Assembly (NCBI RefSeq): GCF_001194135.2
Contig: NC_068995.1
Span: 50,760,860 to 50,824,859 of the forward strand
Source: Octopus bimaculoides
Taxonomy: Eukaryota
Direction: 5' to 3'
Length of the DNA: 64,000 bases
The notes under the pieces: model-generated
Databases searched by the model: none
Seen by the model: the letters and a program-made list of their open reading frames with translations, nothing else
What the model was told of the DNA's origin: nothing
Shown: one piece after another, positions 54,181-64,000 of the stretch
Position numbering within the stretch: the stretch's first letter is position 1
Layout: each line of letters starts with the position of its first letter
Position numbers and translations under genes: made by a program

Positions 54181-54689
54181 TAATGGGAGACAAATCTTGC
54201 TTTCTTTAATGTCAATGATCTCCCTTGTACTATATTTATACATATACCCTTTGCATTTCATAGAACTAATTGTGAACAATAGCGTCGAATAGACCGCTCG
54301 TTCATTGTACTTTCAATGGTTGTGGTATAAAGTGTGTGTGTACTTATATTTCTTTACTTGTTTCAGTAGTTTTACGGCGGCCATGCTGGAGCACAGCCCT
54401 GAGGAGTTTTAGTCGAACAAATCGGCCACAGGACATATTTTTTTAAAACCTAGTACTTAAACTATCAATTTTTTTTTTGCTGAATCGGTTGTCAGGTGAT
54501 GGTGGTGAGGGGACAAACATAGACATAATGATGCATACACACACACACACGGGTTCCTTTCAGTTTCCGTCTACCAAATCAACTCAGTTAATTAATTAGT
54601 TATTTAGTTAGTTAGATAGTTTAGTGGTTAAGTAGTTATTAAAAAAATTAATTACTTAATTAGTTAATTGGCTAGTTAGTGCTGAGGAG

Positions 54690-55225
54690 GTGAAGAAAGG
54701 GGAGCGAAGGAGGTGGAGGAAAGACTTCCTGGAAAAGTACGAGGAGGGGAGGGGAGGGACATGGGGGAAAGGAAGGGAGGAAGACTTCCTGGTTAAGTCC
54801 GAAAAGGGGAAGGAGAGGAGGGACAACCTGGAAAAGTCCGAGTAGGGAGAGGGGGACTTACTGGAAAAGTACGGGGACAGGCGTAGGGGAGGAAGGACTG
54901 CCTGGAAAAGTCCGAGATGTGAGCGGGACTTCCTGGAGAGAGGAAGGACTTCCTAAAAAAGTCCTAGGAGGCGGGTGAGCGGGACTTGGTGTGGAAAAGT
55001 CCGAAGACGAGGAGAAAGTGAAGGACAAGTCCAAGGAGAGGGAAGGGTAGGACGGGTGAGTGGTACTTCCTGAAAAAGGGGTCCATCCTTGGAATGTTTC
55101 ATGAAGTTCCTCCCTCCTCACCCCTTCCAACTTTTCCTCTCCTCCTCGGACTTTTCTAGGAAGTCCTCATCTTCCCCCTCCTCGGATTTTTGCAGGCAGT
55201 CCTTCCTCCCTTTCCTTCCCTCTAA
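54690..55225. repeat. internally repetitive inverted-repeat (foldback-like) element, unit GGACTTCCTGGAAAAGTCC
   Basis: About 10 degenerate units with purine spacers at 54723-55083, then 3 reverse-complement units with pyrimidine spacers at 55091-55202. Confidence 0.8.
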
Positions 55226-55849
55226 CGCTTACAGTTCGTTTTTGTTTGGATTTGTAGTGACTTTGTGGGCTTCAGTTGTGTGTGGTTGATGTCATTGCCA
55301 TCGTTTGGCCATTCACCTTTCCATGCTTGCAAGAATTGGACAAAGTTTATTGAGGTAGATTTACTTCAGTCACTTGCACGTTAATTTCAGATTGCCTTTT
55401 GATGTTTGTGGAAGATACCCATATGTTTATATTGTATCAAGATGAAATAGCAATCAAAGAAAATTAAGTTTCTGTATGAAGGTAACAAGACAGTATTGTA
55501 AAAGTGATTCTCCAAACATTTTATATAAGAATAATTATTTTTACCAATTTGGTACACTACTATCTATATCCTGGCTTTTGAACTGTTATGCCATGTTCTT
55601 TTATGTCTCCTGTGTGAGGTATCTAAAAGGGTTGGCAAAAGGAAGGGCATCAAGCTATAAAATACCATGGAAACCGCATCCAATCCATACTAACATAGGA
55701 AAGTTGATGCCAGATGATAATGAATGATTTGGTAGAGTTGTGAAACCTGAATTCTCGCGGCCATTTTGGAGCAAGAAAAAACTAATACATCATGCATTAA
55801 GACATTTCAAATTAACTTATTTTTGTGCTAAATGTTACAGTTTACATTC

Positions 55850-56235
55850 ATCATTCTTGCACATGTTCAGTCCACTACTGGATGAAGGCCTCAACATCAT
55901 CTTTCCACCAACCAAGGTCTGATGTTTTCCTCATCCATATTTGAGTGCCGAAGCATTTAACAAAATCTTCATTCCAACTTCTGCATGATGTTCCCCTCCT
56001 TTTTCCGGACCTGGTCTCCACTCTCTCAGTTTTCTTTTCCATTTATTATCCTTTCTTCTGAACACGGCCCAAGAAAGACCATTTCAGAAATTTTATTTTC
56101 CAGATAATATCCATTAAACCTATTGCCACACTTACCCTGTTGTTTTGCCATTTATCCATTTTGTTAATCTTCAGCATTCTTTTATCCATGACTCCCTGTG
56201 TTGCTCTTAAATGCTTTTCAAAAACAGTTTACATT
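55850..56235 (-). mobile_element. RTE/BovB-like LINE 3' fragment (second family)
   Basis: Minus strand reads GVMDKRMLKI...IKFLKWSFLGRV...W.EDFVK...WMRKTSDLGWWKDDVEAFIQ*WT, typical of the RTE ORF C-terminus (LKWxWAGH...EAFxQQW). Confidence 0.8.
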
Positions 56236-57555
56236 AACAAATCGGAAACAAGAATAAAAATTAGATTAAGAACCTCCTCATTTATCTTTATTGACATTAA
56301 GAGATTGATAAGTATTATTTATTGTTACATAAAAAGGAAAATATAATCAGATTTTATATTCACTGGTTAGTTTCAGTAACATTGTGAATAAAATAAAAAA
56401 AAATATATGAAGCCATGCTCACTGGCATATAAATGATATAGACCTACTAGCAGACACTAGAATTTAAATTCACCTAAACTGGCTGTCATGCACACAAATC
56501 TGCATGCTGAATGAGCAGAAAATCTTGCAAACATTTAGAATAAATCAGAAGACTTACATTTACCAGAGAAAAAAATTGAAGGCTAAAAAAAAATTGTACT
56601 GGAAAATGTAAGAGTTAACTTTTAACTACACAACAAGGGCTGTCTATCCAATGATAATACAAATAATCACAGGATATGAATTTCAGTAGAACAAAGTAAT
56701 TTTTGGTTTTATTTATTGAAAAGAAGAAGAATGAGTAATGAAGGAAGAAGGCGGAGTTTGTGTCTATACCAATTGATTAAAAAAAAAAACAAAAACAAAA
56801 AAGGTAATTCATTTACATGTTGAAACAGTTAAACATTTTCAGAACAAACCCAACTTGTTCTATTGTCTCTTAAAACCATGATCCATATTAGATGAAACAA
56901 CCTTCAAGAATTGACAAGTGAAAGTTTTACTTCTTTTCAGCTGAATATTTCTGTCCTGCAAGACTTCTGTTGTTGTATACTCCTGTCCATTAATGCTTTC
57001 ATTCTTGAATACCTCCATTCTACAATGAATGTAAACTCCCTTCATTTTTTTGAAATCACATCTTCCAATTTCATGCTAATATTTAAAGGATGAAGAACCC
57101 ATTAACACTTTTTTTTTAATCCATGTTATTATTGAAAAACACTGCCTTTGTTGGAATTAATTTTGAAAATAATAATTTAGCAAAATTACTTCTTATAATT
57201 AATCTGGTGTTTGAAGCATAAATTAATTGAAATCTTGATGGAAGGTTTTAATTTAGATCACTTTAACAGGAAGTTTTGTATTATAGAAAGAGGAACAATA
57301 TCAGGCAGGTTGATATCAAAAGGGCTGAAAAGAATAGATGGCAGTCAGGGTGAAATGAAGGGGTCCCAACAGGATAAATACCTGTACAAGTATCAGTTTG
57401 ATGTTTCAACAGAAACAACATTTGAAAACTTAGATTTCTTTCTAAACCATATCAGTGTAAGATGACATCTGTATCAGAAAAATTGTCCAGTAATTCAAAA
57501 GAAAAAGAAATCACTATTTATATTGATTCTCTTAAAGTTAGCAGTAATGTTACTA

Positions 57556-57807
57556 TTGGGTTGGTGCATAATTACTGCGGCTTTTTTACAGCAAATTTCA
57601 TTCAACAAAAACAATAACAATGTTTAACAAAACCATTTTTTAAATGAAAGTCTGACCGCCTGCCAAGCAAATGGGAAGCAGTAATTGAAGTAGATGGTGA
57701 ATATGCTCCGGAATAATTATTTAAAGATGCTTTTGTTACATGTTGTTATTGTTTTTGTTGAATAAAATTTGTTGAAAAAAAGCCGCAATAATTATGCACC
57801 AACCCAA
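57556..57807 (+). mobile_element. internally deleted mariner-type element (MITE) with about 88-bp inverted arms
   Basis: Ends ttgggttggtgcataatta(c/t)tgcggctttt resemble Hsmar1/MADE1 TIRs; TA on the left flank. The core encodes DRLPSKWEAVIEVDGEYAPE*, a mariner transposase C-terminus. Confidence 0.9.
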
Positions 57808-59840
57808 AAATTTTAGTTTCAGAAGTAAACGAGAGAGAGAAAAAAAAAAAAAAAAAANNNNNNNNNNNNNNNNNNNNNNNNNNNNNNNNNNNNNNNNNNN
57901 NNNNNNNNNNNNNNNNNNNNNNNNNNNNNNNNNNNNNNNNNNNNNNNNNNNNNNNNNNNNNNNNNNNNNNNNNNNNNNNNNNNNNNNNNNNNNNNNNNNN
58001 NNNNNNNNNNNNNNNNNNNNNNNNNNNNNNNNNNNNNNNNNNNNNNNNNNNNNNNNNNNNNNNNNNNNNNNNNNNNNNNNNNNNNNNNAATGTTTTAATC
58101 ACTATTGTCCACTGTTGAGTTAATTAAGCAAACTATAGTTAATTTAGTGTCTTGAGAAATTTTAATTAAAATTCTACCCATAATGAGAAGAACCAAGAGC
58201 CAATCATTGTCTGAGTTAATTAACTGACGAAGAGCAAGGATGACAAACCTGGAATTTCAATTTATTAAATTTGGGTGGAACATGGTTTTTATAATTTGCT
58301 TCAGGTCTTCAATCAAGTTTTGTTAAAAGCTATTCACATTATAAACAGAATTCTTATTCCAAACACTCAGACAGAATATTAAAAAAAAAAAAAAAGGATG
58401 AAGGGGATGGGGGCAAACTGAAGTATAAGCAATAGCACATGCAAACACACACACACGTACATATATATTTATGAGAGGACATTTTTCTAAAGGTGAAAAA
58501 GAAGACAAAAAGTATTCTGTGTTAGGAAAGAGAATTGATGGAGTTAATTTTCTTCTACCCTATCTTTTGATTGTAAAATCTTTCATCAAAATATCATCTG
58601 TGAGTGTCAAGAAATCATCTCCAAATATTGATAATTAGCAAATAATTTTGGAACAATTCATAATTAAATTTGTGGGTTAATCAATGATTATAATCTAAAA
58701 GTAGTTAGATGTAATATTCTAGTAGAATTTGGTATACATTTTGTTCTGTGCCTAAAATAATGATTCTATTGAAATCAGTTGGCATTTGGGGTCAGAAAGG
58801 AAGGATTTAGGTTAATAATATCAGCAGATTACAAGACACCAGCCACCAACTGAAATGCAACATTAGGAGTTCAAATCCTTGAGATTTCAGTTGCTGGCAC
58901 AGTTAATCTTCTTATAATGTTTAAGAACAGATTTCCTTTATGAGACTATTTTGTTAGCAATATCACAACCAAAGAAACAAAAACAGTTTTCTGAATTAAA
59001 GACACAAAGAACCATCACTATATTTGTACCATATGTATTATGAAAAGAAACTGGTAGTGGCTGCTTTCAATGTTCAATAGAGAAGAGGAAGTGTAAATCA
59101 AATATTTACTTACTGACATGATTTAATGAAGCAGAACTAAAAGAAACGGGGCATAAAATTAGTCCAAAGAACTAACTTTCAATATTTTGCATTCGGTATT
59201 GGGTATATATCGTATAATGAAATACAGAATGAAAACCCATTGTTACAAATATCCAGAGCATCCCATATGTCGGTCAGGTATGCAGTTTCTGCAAAGGGGA
59301 GATGTGTAGAAAATAAAATATGTAACCAAATATTGTATGTCAGAAATAGAGAACATAAGAATTGGCTAATATCTGATTGACAGTGAGGAGAGGCAGATTC
59401 AGTCTTTAGTCAAAACAAGCCAATAGCTTATATTCAATGTAATTCTGGAGAAAGACAGTTTGAAAGAAAAGAGGACTGGACTGGAGTCTTGAATAATTTT
59501 GCTGGGGGTTTTTTTTTTTTTTTTGTATTTTGTAAGTTAAAATTGATTGTTAAATAAGAATGGTAATCAGTCAGAATCTCCAATTTAAACTTTTCCTTTA
59601 GTGTAATAAATGCTTTAGCAAGGTTTTCATTAGAGTTCTGGAATGATATTGTCAATACAGTGTCATGTTTGAGTTTAAGCAGTATATCAAAACTTCTGTG
59701 TTTATGGCTACTCCATAAAACCGATACAATCTGAATGGATATATGCAATATTCTAAATTGAGTTGATTGTTTTGTTTTTAAATACTGTGGAGAATTCATG
59801 AGCAAAATCTGAGAGACATCTCTACAGTAAATTGTCATAG

Positions 59841-59846
59841 TTTATT
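59841..59846 (-). terminator. candidate polyadenylation signal (AATAAA) for the ARNT-like gene
   Basis: An AATAAA on the minus strand about 190 nt past the stop. The hexamer is common in AT-rich DNA, so this is weak. Confidence 0.2.
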
Positions 59847-60036
59847 TGTTTAATGTTTTATAAATCTTTCTCTATTTTGCTCTAAACACAACATAAGAGC
59901 GAGTTAATGCTCTCATTACTTCTTAATCAGATCAATTATACATAACACATTCTGTTTCCTTTGCATAACATGTAGCTTTCATGTTACACAATACTGAGTT
60001 GATGTTTGGGTGGACTATTGATGAGAACTCACTGGG

Positions 60037-60263
60037 TCATTCTCCAAAAGTATTGAACATGCCTGTCAGATCACTGAACTCTGGTGTGGTCTGGTCAAGC
60101 ATTGGAAACATGTTATTGAATTCTTCCGGCTGCTGTTGCTGCTGCTGCTGTTGTTGTTGTTGTTGAGCTTGTTGTGCTCCTGCTGATGGATTGCCTTGAG
60201 AAGAGCCTTGCTGAGCATGATCCCCTGTATTTCCAGACCACTGCTGCCATAGTGGTTGGTTAC
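60037..60263 (-). CDS. ARNT: ARNT/HIF-1beta-like bHLH-PAS factor, terminal coding exon (transactivation tail)
   Basis: Acceptor ttttgcag|GT (phase 1). Encodes (G)NQPLWQQWSG...Q12-PEEFNNMFPMLDQTTPEFSDLTGMFNTFGE*. This resembles the ARNT C-terminus as I recall it (W-x-Q-W motif, then PEVFQEMLSML...EFPDLTMFPPFSE*). The bHLH/PAS domains lie outside the window, so the name rests on the tail. Confidence 0.8.
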
Positions 60264-60381
60264 CTGCAAAATATAATATTACCATTGAAAAAAACCATTT
60301 AATAGATCAATTTGTTCTTCATGTTTCAATCATCTACAGACACCTTCAGCTGTAATTACAGGCCTCATTATTCTAAGCAAA

Positions 60382-60720
60382 GGTGCATGGTTCAGTGGTT
60401 AGAGTATCGGGCTCACAATCATGAGATTGTGAGTTCGATTCCCAGACCAGACCGTGTGTTGCGTTTTTGAGCAAGACACTTTATTTCACGTTGCTCCAGT
60501 TCACTTAGCTATAGAAAAGAGTAGCGATGTCAATGGTGCCAAGCTGTATCGGCCCCTTTGCCTTTCCATTGAACATCGGTGGCGTGGAGAGGGGAGGCTG
60601 GTATGCATGGGTGACTACTAGATTTCCACAAAAAAACCTTGCCTGGACTTGTGCCTCAGGGGGTCACTTTCTAGGTGCAAACTCATGGTCATTCTTGATT
60701 GAAGGCAGTCTTTACCCTTT
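60382..60720 (+). mobile_element. full-length tRNA-derived SINE (family 1)
   Basis: Pol III A box TGGTTCAGTGG (60388-60398) and B box GTTCGATTC (60433-60441). Body homologous to the reverse copy at 2061-2398. Confidence 0.85.
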
Positions 60721-61234
60721 ATGCTTAATCCCAGGACGGGGCATAATAAAGAATGCACCATTTTAACACACAAAGATACTTTCTCATGGTCTTTGTAGTT
60801 ACTGGGTGGAAGAGAGAAAGTTGTCCTTAGAACAGAGACATAACCTGAATACTGGTAATAAAGTAGGAACTGGTAAAGGACTCCAATGGGCCAGGAGGTA
60901 GCATTAAACCAAATGACAAATTACATGTCTCACAAAAGAAAGTTCCTCAGATGGGCTTCCATAATTTCTGTCTACATAATTTCAGTCAAAGGCATTGGTT
61001 AACCCAAGACAACATTTGCAAAACTCAGAGAACATTACACTTATAGATGCATCAAGTGTGGCTGTGTTGGTAGGAAGTTTCTTTCACAACCATGTGGTTC
61101 TCCATGCGCATGCACACATGTATACCATGACTCATATACTGTTCACTTTCCTGATTGTTGTACATAATTCTATGTACTACACATGCACCTTTGATGAGTT
61201 GTAGTGCACCTGAGCACTATACCCAGTAATTTCA

Positions 61235-61460
61235 TCATTGTCGTCGTCGTCATCATTTAATGTCCATTTTCCATGCTGGCATGGATTGGATGATTTGACA
61301 AGAGCTGGCAGGCCGGAGAGCTGCACCTGGCTGCAATTGTCTGTTTTGGCATGGTCTCTACAACTGGATACCCTTCTTAATACCAACCACTTTACAAAGC
61401 ATACTGGGGGCTTTTCATCTAGCAATGGCATGGGTGCTTAATATGTGGCACCAGCACAGG
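61235..61460 (-). mobile_element. family 4 element in the last ARNT intron
   Basis: catcatttaatgtccattttccatgctggcatgg...ggatacccttcttaataccaaccac. Confidence 0.75.
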
Positions 61461-61885
61461 TAATAACTAGCAGTATTATTAGCATTCACAGTAGAATCAA
61501 AGAACTGATTGAAATTCGACTTACATTTGAAATCTGGTAAGTTGAAACCAACAGCTGGCAAATCTGGAAACCAAATTGAAAGAATTACTTTACAAACAGC
61601 ATAACATTCCCAAATTATTTTTTCCCTCCATTTTGTTTTTAATTTTTGAAAATTATATTCCCATTATCATAATCCTATAAATAAATGCTATTACATAATT
61701 TATCTCAAGACTTGTATGTTTAACTGTGATGCTAGGTTTTCATTTCATTATTTCTTCTGGCTTGTTTTTGTACTCTGTGACAGTAGTTTGGTACATGTAA
61801 TTCCACTGAATTCATGTAAATTCTGTTAGTGCATATATGTGTGTTATTGGTATTTTTGAAGAGTGATGTCAGTTCATTAACTATT

Positions 61886-62112
61886 TTAACCCTTTTCTCA
61901 GATCACTCTGTCAAATATAATGTTTGTTGGTTTATATTGTTTTGAATTAATCGTACATTATCCTGTTGTTTAGAGATTTCAGTGATGTGATAGTTTAATT
62001 TTAGAATGACATTGTAGGGCTGAGGTGAGAGGCCAGATCTGGCCAGTTTCAATAAAAAAAACAGGTCAAATATTCTGGCTGGATATGGTCAGTTTGAATG
62101 CTAAAGGGTTAA
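61886..62112 (+). mobile_element. piggyBac-like MITE copy in the last ARNT intron
   Basis: TTAAccctttt...aatgctaaagggTTAA; body homologous to 8011-8236. Confidence 0.75.
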
Positions 62113-62349
62113 GAGTTGTTTGTGTGATTTCTAAATCTGAACTTTTTTATTAGTTTAATCGAATCCATTTCAAACGTCTCAAAGTACTTGAGAAGGGGAC
62201 AGATAGAGAACAAGGAAGAAGGGAGAGAAAGAGAAAAATAAAGGAGAGAAGGGAAAAAGAGAGAGACGGAGATAGGAGTGATTAGCTAAAATAAACACTT
62301 GACAAGCTTTCTGATGCCTTTGAGACTATAAAACATCGTTGGCGCTTAC

Positions 62350-62413
62350 CTGGCGAACTGTTGTCAGGGCTCATTTGATTATAGCCTGGGTTTGTACTGT
62401 AGTCAGCAGTTGG
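62350..62413 (-). CDS. ARNT: ARNT-like gene, penultimate exon (64 nt, PTADYSTNPGYNQMSPDNSSP)
   Basis: cttgtcattttag|CCA...CCAG|gtaagc. Phase 0 in and phase 1 out, matching both flanking exons; no stop. Not in the ORF track because it is short. Confidence 0.8.
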
Positions 62414-62769
62414 CTAAAATGACAAGAGAATATAAAGTTTACATTGTAACAAATAACTCTTAGATGAGTTCAAAAGTGTACCTATACATGTACGCATCTT
62501 CTTTCATCTTTTACTTGTTTCAGTCATTAAACTGCGGCCATGCTGGGGCACCGCTTTGAACAATTCTCAGCTGAATGACTCAATCTCAATACTCTTCCTT
62601 TTGTACACATAGCATACCTCTTCTTTCGGGTCATACTGCGTCATACCTTCTTGAGGATATGACACAGTACCCGCCTCTGTTTTCAGTGTCTCCATCACAG
62701 AAGTGAGGTTACAATAGCTTGCTGCCATAATCAAACAGTAAAAATTTCCATCAGAACACAGCTTGTCAA

Positions 62770-62890
62770 CATGTGCTTTCATGCAGATAAAAGAGTTCTC
62801 GGTTCCGCTTGTTACTATGGAAACAGGCATGTGCTTTCTCACAGGAAAAAGAGTTCTCATGTTCTGCTTGTTACTATGGAAACAGGCATG
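62770..62890. repeat. 58/59-bp tandem duplication in an ARNT intron
   Basis: catgtgctttc...aaagagttctc...gcttgttactatggaaacagg twice (62770-62827 and 62828-62886). Confidence 0.9.
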
Positions 62891-63194
62891 AATGTGTCTG
62901 TCGCTTATGATTAGTTAAAATCACCAAAATTTTTAACCTTTAATTGCTAATAATTCTTTATTTATTGATTTATAGCAAAAATGATTTTCACGTAATTCAT
63001 TAGCCTGTAAAGGTGTATCATTACACTGAATATGAAATCAATTCAAGCAACCCTGGAAGAATGAGAATAAAGTTCACTTGAGCAGGACTTAAAACTCAGG
63101 ATAGAAAGGGCTGCAACTAAACACCACAAGGTATTTTGCCCAATGCTCCACTAATTTCACCAACCCCATCATCCTAGTGTGTGTGTGTGTCTGT

Positions 63195-63263
<69 letters not shown>

Positions 63264-63486
63264 CATATATATTTCATCCTTGTCTCAGTTTTATGGAGAT
63301 ATAAGCCTATAAATGAGGTAATTTACAATGGAACAAGTAAAATATCACAACATATACACAAACGCAGCTGTAGATAAGGCTTGAACCTATGACCAAGTGG
63401 TCAGTAGTCTGCATTCCTAACTTTTGCAACCATATAGCTTCATCACAACCAAACTAAAATATGAGAAAAGTGAAAAGGATACAAAC

Positions 63487-63886
63487 CTGGCTTTGTGCGT
63501 ATGCTCCTTGACTAGACCAAGCATTACCAGCCATTTGAGAGGGACTCTGATTAGGGTGTCTGACCAAAGATGGCATTGTTGTGGCAGGAGATACCTGAGG
63601 AAGTGACATGGCAGCACTGGGGTATTTCATTGTAGACTGAGAATTGTAGCCGTACAAGTCTTGTTGGGTAAGGTTACGATTAGTGCTTAGCATACTGCGG
63701 CTGTAAACATCGGCTGTAGAATAAGGATCACGGTAATCTGTTTTCACGTTAGCTGTTCGTAAACCTAAGGAGTCTGTAGGTAGGCCCCGAGGAGTGGCGT
63801 ATGTGTTTATAGTCGGCGTTGGCTCTGAACTTTGATCAGTTGGATTCTGCATAGTTGGGGCTGTAGAATTACCTTGCTGGACACTT
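63487..63886 (-). CDS. ARNT: ARNT-like gene, S/T/Q/P-rich exon (SVQQGNSTAPTMQNP...WSSQGAYAQSQ)
   Basis: Open frame (ORF 63454-63963) with donor CAG|gtttgt at 63487 (phase 0). Acceptor is most likely ttttgttctag| at 63886; an alternative ctacag| at 63860 cannot be excluded. Confidence 0.72.
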
Positions 63887-64000
63887 CTAGAACAAAATTT
63901 GGGGATTAAATTCTCAAGAAAATTTGAACTGCAAAATTGAATATGGTAACAAATAAAAAGCATAAATAAAAATGAAAAATGGTTTTGTTACATTAATTCA

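Larger units (their letters stand above)
532..58088. other. assembly gaps (N runs)
   Basis: 532-541, 7254-7285, 12481-12706, 17433-17479, 22728-22737, 25225-25534, 31195-31504, 42138-42181 and 57858-58088. Several abut simple repeats. Confidence 0.98.

Noticed and set aside
54723-55083. Repeat-spacer layout superficially like a CRISPR array
   Set aside because: The units are degenerate, the spacers are low-complexity and variable in length, there are no cas genes, and the context is an animal nuclear genome.
56860-57465. ORFs 57211-57465(+) and 56860-57045(-)
   Set aside because: Short, with no homology recognised, and in a region more simply explained as ARNT 3' UTR or flank.
60382-60455. 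tRNA-like sequences with A and B boxes (also at 11350-11420, 16955-16985, 35190-35260)
   Set aside because: They continue into SINE bodies and lack a complete cloverleaf, so they are SINE heads, not tRNA genes.
62567-62860. 97-aa minus-strand ORF inside an ARNT intron
   Set aside because: It starts within the tandem duplication, lacks a splice-compatible boundary, and the flanking ARNT exons already join in phase without it.

Overview
AT-rich, repeat-dense animal genomic DNA from a gapped scaffold (9 N-runs). The SINE/LINE/MITE repertoire and microsatellite density point to an octopus (inference, not a database result). The only protein-coding gene I recognise is the 3' end of an ARNT (HIF-1beta/tango)-like bHLH-PAS gene on the minus strand: three splice-consistent exons at 63886-63487, 62413-62350 and 60263-60037. 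A housekeeping-type promoter (YY1, ETS, DR1 motifs) at about 48.6 kb appears to start a second, unidentified minus-strand gene, whose CpG-depleted body may span most of 1-43 kb; its exons are only low-confidence candidates. The rest is SINEs of several families, decayed RTE-clade LINE fragments, mariner-, hAT- and piggyBac-type MITEs, and simple repeats. I found no rRNA, true tRNA or CRISPR array, and nearly all supplied ORFs are microsatellite, gap or chance artefacts. The most unusual observations are: (1) a foldback-like element at 54.7-55.2 kb built from a self-complementary 19-mer in two inverted arms; (2) several perfect 13-24 bp palindromes with tiny loops, some inside SINE copies, suggesting recurrent local inverted duplication; (3) a CpG-retention domain at about 43.4-56.3 kb, readable from homologous SINE copies. 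None of these is shown to be a new biological system; each is a testable lead.
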